NCBI GenBank assembly: GCA_051117635.1
Contig: JBNPEH010000005.1
Coordinates: 42,389 to 106,388 of the forward strand
Direction of reading: 5' to 3'
DNA: 64,000 nt
Origin: Opitutales bacterium
GTDB taxonomy: Bacteria > Verrucomicrobiota > Verrucomicrobiia > Opitutales > JABSRG01
The translations under genes and the position numbers were made by a program. Positions 45,674 to 55,305 of this stretch are shown piece by piece. The notes beneath the pieces are model-generated. The model did not search any database and had not been told where the DNA came from. It saw nothing but the letters and a program-made list of their open reading frames with translations. Numbering within the stretch: the stretch's first letter is position 1; each line of letters opens with the position of its first letter.

Positions 45674-46816
45674 ATGCCCGGACCCCGCCCACCCGTTCAC
45701 CTCGTCACGCACGAGTTTACTCCCAATATCGGGGGAGCCGGTGTCTATTGCCAGGCACTCGCCGAGGGAGCCGACCACAAGGGATTTCCCATCACGGTTT
45801 GGGCGGCCGGTAAGATCGACCGGGGGGACACCGCCTTTCCGTTCAAGGTCAAGCGCATGGGTCACCGGGGATCGCAGGGTTGGGAAGCCCGCTTCGGCCT
45901 GCTCCGAACCGCTCTGGGCGTCGCCCGGTCGGCCTGGTTGAACCCGGACCACGTTGTCCACGTCGCCGAACCGGGCGCCCTCGCCGCCTGGCTCTACTTG
46001 CAGATGCATCCGCGCCTGCGCCAGGTACGCCCCATCCTCACGTTTCACGGATCGGAAATCCTCAGGTTTTCATCCCTCGGCCACCGGCGGCACCTGATGC
46101 GGCAACTGATCGGCCGGGCGTCCCGGATCGCGGTTCTGTCGCGCAACAATCGGGATCTGCTTCGGGCCCGTTATCCGGAGGCCAACGGGAAGGTCATCCT
46201 CACACCCGGTGCGCCACGCAAGCGGGCGGAGCCCAAGCCATCCGAGCTGCCGGCACGCCCGAAGAGAGCCGAAGTCGTGATCCTGACCGTGGGTCGGATT
46301 CACCCGCGCAAGGGACAACTCCGGCTCATCGAGGCCCTGACCCGGCTCAAAAAGAAATGGCGAAAGGAAATCGCGCTCTGGATCGTCGGGCCGGTGGTCA
46401 AGCGCGATTACTTTCGTGCGGTGAAAGCGGCCGCGCGGGACAGCGGCGTGGACGTCATCTTCCACCACGGTGTCAGCGAAGCGGAGCTTACCGGGTTCTA
46501 TCGTCAGGCGGACATCTTCGCCCTGACCTCGGTCCCGACCGGCCACAGCATCGAAGGCCTGGGGTTGGTCTATCTGGAAGCGGCTGCCGAGGGTCTGCCG
46601 GTCGTCGCCCATGAAACCGGAGGCGTGGCGGATGCGGTGGTGGATGAACAGACGGGGCTGCTGGTGTCCCCGGATGATCTGGAGGGCCTGACGACCGCTC
46701 TGAAACGCCTGATCAAGGACGCGAAACTGCGCGAGCAAATGGGCCGTTCGGGGCAGGCCTTCGCCCGCCAGTTTTCCTGGGAGGCCATGGCCTGCCAGCT
46801 TTATGGGGATCTTTGA
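45674..46816 (+). CDS. Family 4 (GT-B) glycosyltransferase
   Basis: VHLVTHEFTPNIGGAGVY N-terminus. C-terminal EGLGLVYLEAAAEGLPVVAHETGG. ATG at 45674. Confidence 0.85.
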   Translation: MPGPRPPVHLVTHEFTPNIGGAGVYCQALAEGADHKGFPITVWAAGKIDRGDTAFPFKVKRMGHRGSQGWEARFGLLRTALGVARSAWLNPDHVVHVAEPGALAAWLYLQMHPRLRQVRPILTFHGSEILRFSSLGHRRHLMRQLIGRASRIAVLSRNNRDLLRARYPEANGKVILTPGAPRKRAEPKPSELPARPKRAEVVILTVGRIHPRKGQLRLIEALTRLKKKWRKEIALWIVGPVVKRDYFRAVKAAARDSGVDVIFHHGVSEAELTGFYRQADIFALTSVPTGHSIEGLGLVYLEAAAEGLPVVAHETGGVADAVVDEQTGLLVSPDDLEGLTTALKRLIKDAKLREQMGRSGQAFARQFSWEAMACQLYGDL

Positions 46817-48030
46817 TGGCGTCGCCGTCGGGTCCGGACCGGTGGCATGGAAATGGCTCCCGGGGGCCTGTGGCATCACCCATCCGTCAGTGTCGCCTTC
46901 AAACCCGCCATCGGCGGTTAGCCGGCTTCGCGTCAGCCGTGCCCGTCGCCCTGCTGGCAACCCTGACCGGCTGTAGTGGCGGGGGGGGCGATCCGGCGAC
47001 CGAAGCGGAAACGGCGTTCGGCCCGGTCAAGACCTATGAGGAGGCGCTGGCCTGTGTCCGTGAGCAGCTCCCGGGCGAACGCTATGTGACCAATGCCTAC
47101 CTGCCCGGTGTGGAGCCGCCACCGCCGATACCGGAGACCCCGGACGCCATCAGGGTGGGCGCTCCCTGGATCCTCAATGACGAGACCGCCGCCTGGTACG
47201 TCGGCATGGAGAAGGGCTTTTTCCGCAAACAGGGCATTGAGATGGAGCTGATCCCGGGCAACATCGACCATGTACAGAGCCTGGCCGCGGGCAAAGTCGA
47301 CATCGCGATCGCCGCCACCTCGACCTACCCGATTCGGGCCAGAGCCAGCACCACGCCGGTCGACCTGATGATCGTCGCCACGCTGTTGAAGACCTCCCCC
47401 TACACCTGGATGGGGATCGACGAATCGGTGCCCCGCGACCAGCCCTCATCCAGACGGGTCACGCCGCAGGACATGGTCGGCGCGACGGTCGGCATTCAGG
47501 TGGGCTACGAGTTCATCGCGCGCCTGTTGGAAGGGAAGCACGGCCTGCCGGCCGGCAGCATCGAGGTCATGAAAGCCGGGCCCACCCCCGAGCCGCTGCT
47601 GGCCGGACGGGTCGACTACTATGCGGCCTGGATCGTGAACCAGCCCCGGATCCTGGAGGCGCAGGGATACTACAACTGGACCGCCTTCCCCCTCTCCGAA
47701 TTCGGCATCAACGATTATGCAGATGCCTCCGTCTTCCGCCGGGAAACCGTGGAAGCGCGGCCCGATCTGGTGCGCCGCTATCTTCTGGGGCTGGAAAAAG
47801 CCATCCGCTTCATGCTGGAAAATCCACGCGAATCCGCCGAGATCACAGCCCGGTACGCCGTCGACGCCGACCTTACGCCCGAACAGGTGATGCGTCGCTT
47901 CGAGCTGCAACGACCACTCATCCTGACCGAAGACGGCCTGCCGCTCATGGGACAGGATCCGGCGCGCTACGACGAACTGGCCGCCACCCTCCATCAGTAC
48001 GGGCAACTCGATATCACCGGCTGTCCCTGA
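46816..48030 (+). CDS. NMT1/THI5-like ABC substrate-binding lipoprotein (NitT/TauT family), possibly a Tat substrate
   Basis: TRHRRLAGFASAVPVALLATLTGC (RR motif plus lipobox). NMT1-like body. The ATG overlaps the GT4 stop (TGATG). Confidence 0.75.
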   Translation: MASPSGPDRWHGNGSRGPVASPIRQCRLQTRHRRLAGFASAVPVALLATLTGCSGGGGDPATEAETAFGPVKTYEEALACVREQLPGERYVTNAYLPGVEPPPPIPETPDAIRVGAPWILNDETAAWYVGMEKGFFRKQGIEMELIPGNIDHVQSLAAGKVDIAIAATSTYPIRARASTTPVDLMIVATLLKTSPYTWMGIDESVPRDQPSSRRVTPQDMVGATVGIQVGYEFIARLLEGKHGLPAGSIEVMKAGPTPEPLLAGRVDYYAAWIVNQPRILEAQGYYNWTAFPLSEFGINDYADASVFRRETVEARPDLVRRYLLGLEKAIRFMLENPRESAEITARYAVDADLTPEQVMRRFELQRPLILTEDGLPLMGQDPARYDELAATLHQYGQLDITGCP

Positions 48031-48039
48031 GACCCAGCC

Positions 48040-48810
48040 ATGCCGGATCCCTATCCAGCGTCGGCGATCGACATTCGCCAGGGCGGAAAAACGTTTACGG
48101 GGGGCACCGTCGCCCTGGAGGCCATCGACCTGATGGTCCAACCCGGCGAGTTCGTCGCGCTGATCGGTCCCAGCGGCTGCGGCAAGACCACGCTGCTCCG
48201 GCTCATGGCGGGCCTGGAGGCGGCCACGACCGGAACGGTCAACATCCACGGGCAGACACCGCGCCAGGCCTGCCGCGAGCACGCCATCGGCGTGGCCTTC
48301 CAGCGGCCGGCCCTGGTCCCCTCGCGCAGCGCCCGGGACAACGTGCGCATGACGCTGGAGATCACCGGCGAAGGCAACGCCCTCGATCCCGACCGGCTGC
48401 TGAGGGATTTCGGCCTCGGCGACTTCCCGGATGCCTATCCGCACCAGCTCTCCGGCGGCATGCAGCAACGGGTCAACATCGCCTGCGCGCTCGTTCACAA
48501 CCCCAAGCTGCTGTTGCTGGATGAGCCTTTCGGCGCCCTGGACGAACTCACCCGCGAATCGATGGCGGGCTGGCTGGCCGGTGTCCTGCAGAAGACCGGG
48601 CAGACCGCCGTGCTGGTCACCCATTCGATCGACGAGGCGGTCATCCTGAGCGACCGCGTGGTCGTGTTGAGCCCGCGCCCGGGACGCATCGCCGAGGTCA
48701 TTCCGGTCGACCTGCCGCGGCCCCGAACGGAACGGACGCAGCCCGATTTTCTTGCCGCGATCACGCAGGTCCGGGCGGCGCTCAACACGGTGATGACGAC
48801 CGAGTCCTGA
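48040..48810 (+). CDS. ABC transporter ATP-binding protein (NitT/TauT family)
   Basis: GPSGCGKTTLL, LSGGMQQR, LLLLDEPFGALD. Confidence 0.92.
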   Translation: MPDPYPASAIDIRQGGKTFTGGTVALEAIDLMVQPGEFVALIGPSGCGKTTLLRLMAGLEAATTGTVNIHGQTPRQACREHAIGVAFQRPALVPSRSARDNVRMTLEITGEGNALDPDRLLRDFGLGDFPDAYPHQLSGGMQQRVNIACALVHNPKLLLLDEPFGALDELTRESMAGWLAGVLQKTGQTAVLVTHSIDEAVILSDRVVVLSPRPGRIAEVIPVDLPRPRTERTQPDFLAAITQVRAALNTVMTTES

Positions 48811-48935
48811 AACGGGCGGGCACCTCCCCGACCCCAGGCCCGCGCCGTGAGGGAGCGCAGCCTGCTCCCCCCGGTGAAACCGCTTGCAGGCTGCCGCCCT
48901 TGATTGGGGAAAGCGGCACCGACTAAAATGCTGTC

Positions 48936-50243
48936 ATGATTCAGCCCAAGCAGGTCGCAGCCTGGTCCGCCCCGCGCGAACTGGAAACGGATGTCGTGGT
49001 GGTCGGTGGCGGTTCGGCCGGATCCGCTGCGGCGCTGGCCGCGGCCCGAAACGGGGCGTCTGTCGTCCTGATCGAGGAGGGAAACTGCCTGGGCGGAGTC
49101 AGCACCGCCGGCGGAGTCAACGAGTGGTTCGCCAACCTCGAAGGCATCGGTGACATCATGACCGAGGTGGTCGGCCAGATGGAGGCCGCCGGGGCCAAGT
49201 ACGGACGCTTTTTCAACGGCGAGATGCTCAAGTTCGTCTGGCAGGAGCTGCTCAGCCAGGCCGGCGTCACCCTGCTTTTCCATACCAGCCTGACCGGCAC
49301 GGTCCTGGACGGCCGGCGGATCACCGCGGTGGAGGCGCTGTCCCTCAGCCGGCCTGTCCGCATCGCAGGCCGCTGGTTCATCGACGCGAGCGGCGAGGGC
49401 GACCTGGCCGCCGCCGCCGGGGCCGCCTTTCATTCCGGAGATCCCGAAAACGGGAAGCAACTTCACATGAGCCTCACCGGGCTCATGGTCAAAAGCCCGC
49501 GCAAGGTGGAGCCCTGGTTGCCCGACCACCTCGAGCCGATCGCCGGGCCGGACGACGTGCCCGGGCTGAAAACGGCCTACCGCACACCCGACGGCCGCGT
49601 CTACGTCAACATGACCAAAATCATGAGCCGGGACTCGACCGACCCGATCGATGTGTCGGCAGCCGAGGCGGAGGCGCGCCGCCAGCTCCTGCGGTCGGTC
49701 CATTACCTGCAACGCACCCGGTTTCCGAACCACATCCTCGTATCCAGCGGAGCCCGGATCGGGATCCGGGAAGGCCGTCGCATCGTCGGCGAAACCACGC
49801 TGACCCGGGCCTACATCCTGCGCGAGGACGGGCAGGACGGGCGGTGCCCCGACCCCGCCACCGTGGCCACCTGTCAGGTCGATTTCCACAGCCTGAGCCG
49901 GGCGGGCCATGCCGGCTGGCGTGAGGCGGTGGCGCCCTATCAGGTGCCCTTCGGTGCCCTGGTGGTCGCGGGCATCGACAACCTCCTGACCGCCGGCAAA
50001 TGCATCAGCTCCGACCAGATCGCACACAGCTCGGTGCGCATGACCCCGACCTGCACCAGCATGGGCCAGGCGGCGGGCATCGCGGCAGGGCTCGTCGCCG
50101 CCGGTGGCGCGGAAACCTTCCGCACGCTACCCTACCGGGACCTCCAAGCGGCCCTGACCCGGCAGGGCTTCGACCTCGAGCCCACACACCACCAGAGCTT
50201 TGCCCCCGAGGTCACCAGTGACTCGGAAGCGGACCGGCTTTAG
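48936..50243 (+). CDS. FAD-dependent oxidoreductase
   Basis: DVVVVGGGSAGSAAALAAARNG dinucleotide-binding motif. 435 aa. Confidence 0.8.
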   Translation: MIQPKQVAAWSAPRELETDVVVVGGGSAGSAAALAAARNGASVVLIEEGNCLGGVSTAGGVNEWFANLEGIGDIMTEVVGQMEAAGAKYGRFFNGEMLKFVWQELLSQAGVTLLFHTSLTGTVLDGRRITAVEALSLSRPVRIAGRWFIDASGEGDLAAAAGAAFHSGDPENGKQLHMSLTGLMVKSPRKVEPWLPDHLEPIAGPDDVPGLKTAYRTPDGRVYVNMTKIMSRDSTDPIDVSAAEAEARRQLLRSVHYLQRTRFPNHILVSSGARIGIREGRRIVGETTLTRAYILREDGQDGRCPDPATVATCQVDFHSLSRAGHAGWREAVAPYQVPFGALVVAGIDNLLTAGKCISSDQIAHSSVRMTPTCTSMGQAAGIAAGLVAAGGAETFRTLPYRDLQAALTRQGFDLEPTHHQSFAPEVTSDSEADRL

Positions 50244-50485
50244 CCCGAACTTCTCACCAGAATCGGGAAACAGGGCGGTCAATAATACTGAACGAACGAT
50301 TTGCAGCATTTCTTCGAAATGCACGCACGTGGTGGAACCCTGTTTCCCGATTCTTTTCGCCCACATGCGCGATCTGCGGCGTTGTCGGGCTGGAAACCGC
50401 CTGGTTACGCACCTCAGTGCGCGCCCAGCCGGTTTCGCCCTCCGCCTGGCAGCTCATCCCATCTGGGCTTCATGAGAAGTCCGAG
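50243..50485. repeat. Full-length (243-bp) inverted-repeat-bounded structured element, the founder copy of the dispersed repeat family
   Basis: The ends gcccgaacttctc and gagaagtccgag(t) are inverted. Internal 17-bp perfect inverted repeat at 50259-50275 and 50338-50354. Hairpins at 50306-50322 and elsewhere. It occupies the whole convergent spacer. Confidence 0.7.
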
Positions 50486-52585
50486 TTAGGGGATGATCAG
50501 TTCCTGGCCAACCTGCAGCGACCGCGGGTCATCGAGCCGGTCGCTGTTGGCCGCGAAAATGTCGGCCCAGCGGCCGGACGTACCGTAGAACTGCCGGGAA
50601 ATGCTGCTGAGGGTGTCGCCGGCCTGAACGGTGTAGGTGCGGAACTCCGGTCTCGGCGGGAGAGCCGCCGCATCAGCTTCCGCATCGGCGGGACGGTCGG
50701 TGGCAACCTCCGGTTCTCCCACGGGGCTTTCGGCAGCGACCACAGTGTCTGGCCGGCGGGGGTCCGCGCGGCGGGGTGAAGCGGCTGCTGGCTCCGAATC
50801 CGTCGTGGCCGGCGGGGGGCCGGTCGACGCGACCCCGGCATCGGCAGGCTCGACCGCCGGGGAATCGGCTGGACGCGGATCGTAGAAGGCGAGCCGGTTT
50901 TCCAGACGGTCGACGCGATCCTGAAGGTCGGCATTTTCAGACTGGAGAGCCGCCACCCGCTCGGTTGCCGCACCCCGCGCATCGACCCGTTCGGCACGCA
51001 GGGCATCCAGCTCCGACTCGAGCGAATTCAGCGCCTCACGGGCGGCCGTCAGATCGCTTTTCAGCCGACGGTTTTCCGCGCGGGCCGAGGCGAGCGAAGC
51101 ATCGAGGGCGGCCACCCGGTCTCCGCTGGCGGCCTGGTTTCGGGTAAGTGTATCGATGCGGGCCTGGAGGGACTCGATGGTTTCCCGGGCTTCGGCGGAT
51201 GCCCTTCGCCGGGCGGCCTCGGCGGCATCCCGCTCATCCCGCGCGGCGGTCAACTGTTGCTCGAGGTCGGCTACCCGGTCCCGGGCCTCCAGCACGGCCG
51301 ATTCTTCGGCCTCCAGGCGCCCGCGCAAGGCGGCCAACTGATCGCTCAGATCTTCGCGTTCCGCACGCACCGCTTCCAGCGTCTGTTGACGCTCCCGCAA
51401 GGCAGCCAACTCATGACGCTGGCGCTCGACCTCGGCCTCCAGGCGCTCGCGGTCGGCCTGACTGGAGGCCAGCGCCCGGGCCTCCGCTTCCAGCCGCTGC
51501 TCCAGAGCACCCAATCGTTCGGACAAGGTGCGGTTTTCGGCTGCCAGCGTTTGCTCCGCTTCGGCGGCCGCCTTTCGAGCCCGGGACAGCAAACCTTTCT
51601 GTTCTTCGAGCTCGGAACGGGCCGAGGCCAGCGCCGTCCGGGCGGATTCCAGGGCGGCGGATCGTTCCGCCAGGGTCTCCTCCAACGAGGTGGACCAGGC
51701 CTCGGCGTCCTCCAGATCGGAGCGAAGAGCCTCCCGCTCCGTCTGCACGCTGGACAGTCGCTCAAGGACGGCTTCCCGGTCAGCTTCCACTGCCTCCAGG
51801 GTCGCAGCCAATCGATCGCGTTTGGCCCGCAAGGCCGAAGTGTTGTCACCATCCAAAGCGGCGGCATCTAATTGAGTCCGCAGCCGGTCGATGGTCTCGG
51901 CGTAGGCATGGGCCTGCTCCTGCAGCCGGCCCCGTGCGGCAAGCGCGTCCTCGAGCCGCGCATTCAGGTCAGCCAGCTGTTCCCGGGCCTGCCGCAATTC
52001 GACCGACGGATCGTCGGCGGACTTCGTTTCCAGCTGCTCACGCAATTCAGCGATTTCGGCGTTTTTCCGCTGGAGCATATTTTCCGCCATGTTGGCCCGG
52101 CGCCGGGCTTCTTCGAGCGCGACGGCCTGCTCGATGCGTTCGCGCTCGGCCGTGGCGCGGGCGGCCTCGGCTTCGGCTTCCCCGGCCTCCGACCGGCTGC
52201 GCGTAATCCCGGCAGGGGTCGGCGCCACCTCGGTCGAAGCCTCGCCCAGCATGGCTCGCCGTTGCCGGAGCAAGGTTTCCCCCCGGGCCACCTCCTCCTC
52301 CGACATTCGGTCCAGGACATCGGCAAGTGCGCGGCCGGTGGCGCCGTTGGACCGGGCTATTTTCAACCAGGCATAAGCTTCGGGCAGGTTGAATGGGCCT
52401 TGTTCCGGGTCGCCATAGATGATCCCCAGGTTGTATTGGGCAATCACGTTGCCGGACTCGGCCTTGGCCTGCAGCGAGGCCAGCGCGCTGTCCGTCACCT
52501 GACCGGACAAACCGCCCGCCAGCGACGACAGAACAACCGCAGCGAGGCACCCGAAGCACCGAGAAGACAGAACCTGCTTTACCAT
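50486..52585 (-). CDS. Exported Sel1-repeat / long coiled-coil / C-terminal LysM protein
   Basis: Signal-like MVKQVLSSRCFGCLAAVVLSSLAGG. SLR motif AESGNVIAQYNLGIIYG...AYAWLKIA. About 450 aa of A/E/R/L heptad-like sequence and a P/A-rich linker. LysM YTVQAGDTLSSISRQFYG...LQVGQELIIP. Confidence 0.8.
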   Translation of the reverse strand: MVKQVLSSRCFGCLAAVVLSSLAGGLSGQVTDSALASLQAKAESGNVIAQYNLGIIYGDPEQGPFNLPEAYAWLKIARSNGATGRALADVLDRMSEEEVARGETLLRQRRAMLGEASTEVAPTPAGITRSRSEAGEAEAEAARATAERERIEQAVALEEARRRANMAENMLQRKNAEIAELREQLETKSADDPSVELRQAREQLADLNARLEDALAARGRLQEQAHAYAETIDRLRTQLDAAALDGDNTSALRAKRDRLAATLEAVEADREAVLERLSSVQTEREALRSDLEDAEAWSTSLEETLAERSAALESARTALASARSELEEQKGLLSRARKAAAEAEQTLAAENRTLSERLGALEQRLEAEARALASSQADRERLEAEVERQRHELAALRERQQTLEAVRAEREDLSDQLAALRGRLEAEESAVLEARDRVADLEQQLTAARDERDAAEAARRRASAEARETIESLQARIDTLTRNQAASGDRVAALDASLASARAENRRLKSDLTAAREALNSLESELDALRAERVDARGAATERVAALQSENADLQDRVDRLENRLAFYDPRPADSPAVEPADAGVASTGPPPATTDSEPAAASPRRADPRRPDTVVAAESPVGEPEVATDRPADAEADAAALPPRPEFRTYTVQAGDTLSSISRQFYGTSGRWADIFAANSDRLDDPRSLQVGQELIIP

Positions 52586-52687
52586 GACTGTCTTCGCTAT
52601 AGGCGACGGACCGGCCGGGCACAAGGCAGCAAGCCCTCGGGGAAAGGCCTCAATCGCCGACCGGTGTTCCCTTTATCCGTATCCGGC

Positions 52688-53257
52688 TCAGGCCTTGTCC
52701 GGCTGCGAACGCAGGTCCGCCCACTCCCGCTTCAGCTGCGCCCAGATCCGATGATCGACAAACCGGTCGTAGAGCCACTCCGCGTCCCGGCAAATGCCTT
52801 CCTCCCGGAAGCCCAGACTGCGGGGGATCGCCTCGCTGCGCCCGTTACCCACCGCCGTCCGGATTTCCAATCGGTTCAGGTCCATCCGATCAAAGACATG
52901 GTGGACGACCGCGGCGACCGTCCGCCGCATGAGGCCGTGCCCCTGAAACCGCTCGCCGAGCCAATAGCCGATCGAGCTGCGTCGGTTGACCGAGTCCACC
53001 GCGTGCAGGCCGCAAATGCCGGCCAGCTCCCCGCGGTGCCAGATCACTACCGAGAAGCTGCGGTCCTCCATGCCCTTCTTCAGGGTAACTTCGATGAAAC
53101 GGCGGGTGTCATCCATGCTTCTGACCTGGTCCAGCCAGGGCAGCCAGGCCCGCAAGTGAGCGCGCGACCGTTCCGTCTCCTCGAACAGGGGCGCCGCATC
53201 CGACAGCTGCAGGGGAGCCAGGGACGTCTCGTCATCGATCTGATGGGCAAAAAACAT
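52688..53257 (-). CDS. GNAT N-acetyltransferase (RimJ/RimL-like)
   Basis: GYWLGERFQGHGLMRRTV...LNRLEIRTAVGNGRSEAIPRSLGFREEG. Confidence 0.85.
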   Translation of the reverse strand: MFFAHQIDDETSLAPLQLSDAAPLFEETERSRAHLRAWLPWLDQVRSMDDTRRFIEVTLKKGMEDRSFSVVIWHRGELAGICGLHAVDSVNRRSSIGYWLGERFQGHGLMRRTVAAVVHHVFDRMDLNRLEIRTAVGNGRSEAIPRSLGFREEGICRDAEWLYDRFVDHRIWAQLKREWADLRSQPDKA

Positions 53258-53313
53258 CGCGGCAACGAACCATGCCTACATGGCCTGAATCCCGCTTGCC
53301 AAGCCATTCAGGT

Positions 53314-53331
53314 TAGCCCGAACTGCTCACC
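53314..53331 (+). repeat. Solo left-end fragment of the repeat family abutting the ade start codon
   Basis: tagcccgaactgctcacc is followed directly by ATG 53332. Compare tagcccgaacttctcacc at 50241. Confidence 0.45.
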
Positions 53332-55149
53332 ATGCCGAACATCACCCGCCTGTCCGTTACGCCGCTTCATGAAGTCACCCGGCGCCTGGCCGATGTCGCC
53401 TCCGGGCGTGCCGCGCCCGACCAGGTCCTGACCGGGGCTCGCATCCTTTCGGTATACTCCGATCGCCTGATCGAGGACCGGGAAATCTGGATCAGCCGGG
53501 GGCGGATCGCGGCCGTCAAACCTGCCGGCAGTCACCAGGGCCTCTCCCCGGTTCCGGAAAACGTCACCGATGTCGGCGGCGGCATCCTGGCACCGGGCCT
53601 GGTCGACCCCCACATCCATATCGAATCGTCGATGATGACGGCCTGCGCTTACGCGGAGGCGGCCCTGCTCAACGGGACGACCACCCTCTTCTGCGACAGC
53701 CATGAAATCGGCAACGTCTGCGACCGCGACGGCATCGAGTGGATGCTCGAGGATGCCCGGCAGGCCCCGCTCAATATTTTCCTCACCCTGCCCAGCACCA
53801 TCCCGGCCACCACGCCCGATTATGAAACAGCCGGCGGCGACCTCACCCCGGAAAAGGTCGGCGCGATCTTCGACGCCTGGCCCGAGGCGGTCGCGCTCGG
53901 GGAAAAGATGGATTTTGTCCAGGTCTGCCTGGGCGACCCCCGCAGCCACGGCATCATCGCCGAGGCCCTCAAACGGGGTCGGCCGGTATCCGGCCACATC
54001 TACGGCCGGGAATTCGTCGCCGCCTATGCCGCCAGCGGGGTGACCGACACGCACGAGGCCATCGACCGCGACATCGCCAACGATTTCATCGAATCGGGCA
54101 TCTGGGTCTTCCTGCGTGGCGGCCCCCCCACGACGCCCTGGCACAGCCTGCCCGAAGCCATCAAGGCGGTCACCGAGCTGGGGGCCAGCCCCAAACGCGT
54201 CTGCGTCTGCACCGATGACCGCGACGCCGACGACCTGTTCCTATTCGGCCAGGACTGGGTGGTGCGGGAAGCCGTCAAGGCCGGCATGGATCCGAAAACC
54301 GCCTGGGCCATGGGAAGCCTGCACCCGGCTACACGCTATCATCTGGACGGCGAGTTCGGTGCACTCGGCCACAGCCGGCGCGCCGACATCGTACTGCTCA
54401 ACGACGACCTCGAGCCCCAGTCCACCTGGTACGGGGGTGAACTGATGGTTAAGGACCGGAAGGTCACGCCGCTTCTCGACGAGCAACTGACCACCCACCG
54501 GTACCGGTACCCGGAGGCCGCCTACCGGACCGTGCAGGTCGGCAAGGACCTGAAGCTGACCCCCGATCCGCCCCAGGGACCGTGCACGTTGAACGTCATC
54601 CGGACCGAGCTGCCCGGCATCATCACGCTGCACCGGAAGGTCGAGCTGACAGAAACACCGGCTTCCTGGGACACGGTGTTCGCGGATCATGACCTCTGCT
54701 TTATCACCGTGGTCGAGCGCTACGGCAAAAACGGCGCAGTCGCCCACGGGCTGTTCCAGAATTTCGGCCTGAAGTCCGGGGCGGTTGCCTCCTCCGTCGG
54801 GCACGACGCTCACAACATCGTCATGGCCGGGACGAATGAAACCGACATGCAGCTTGCGCTGCAGACAATAGCCGATACCAACGGCGGCGTGGTTGTCGTC
54901 GACCGGGGCGAGATCCTGGCGATGGTCCCGTTGCCGGTGGCGGGGCTGCTGAGCGACAAGCGCGCCACCGAGGTGGCCAGGGAAACCACCGTGCTGAAAC
55001 AGGTCTGGAAGGCCGCCGGCCTCACCCTCCCCTACATGGGTTTCAACCTCATCCCGCTTTCGGTCATCCCGGAAATCCGCATCACCGACAAAGGCCTGGT
55101 CACCGTGCCGCAGATGGAAATTGTGCCCCTGGTCGAGACAGACGACTGA
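53332..55149 (+). CDS. ade: Adenine deaminase
   Basis: [29 protein letters not shown], and a layout typical of AdeC-type amidohydrolases. 605 aa. Confidence 0.88.
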   Translation: MPNITRLSVTPLHEVTRRLADVASGRAAPDQVLTGARILSVYSDRLIEDREIWISRGRIAAVKPAGSHQGLSPVPENVTDVGGGILAPGLVDPHIHIESSMMTACAYAEAALLNGTTTLFCDSHEIGNVCDRDGIEWMLEDARQAPLNIFLTLPSTIPATTPDYETAGGDLTPEKVGAIFDAWPEAVALGEKMDFVQVCLGDPRSHGIIAEALKRGRPVSGHIYGREFVAAYAASGVTDTHEAIDRDIANDFIESGIWVFLRGGPPTTPWHSLPEAIKAVTELGASPKRVCVCTDDRDADDLFLFGQDWVVREAVKAGMDPKTAWAMGSLHPATRYHLDGEFGALGHSRRADIVLLNDDLEPQSTWYGGELMVKDRKVTPLLDEQLTTHRYRYPEAAYRTVQVGKDLKLTPDPPQGPCTLNVIRTELPGIITLHRKVELTETPASWDTVFADHDLCFITVVERYGKNGAVAHGLFQNFGLKSGAVASSVGHDAHNIVMAGTNETDMQLALQTIADTNGGVVVVDRGEILAMVPLPVAGLLSDKRATEVARETTVLKQVWKAAGLTLPYMGFNLIPLSVIPEIRITDKGLVTVPQMEIVPLVETDD

Positions 55150-55305
55150 AGCCGGGGCGACCTCCGCCAGGATCAAACGCCGGGGAGTTCAGATAAGCCG
55201 CCCGATGCGGTGCCTTTACCCGGCTGCCGGCTGTTTTTCCCGGTCCGGCAGAACGGCATTGGCACGTTTTATGGTGCATATTCCATCCGAACACTTCCAC
55301 CACCT

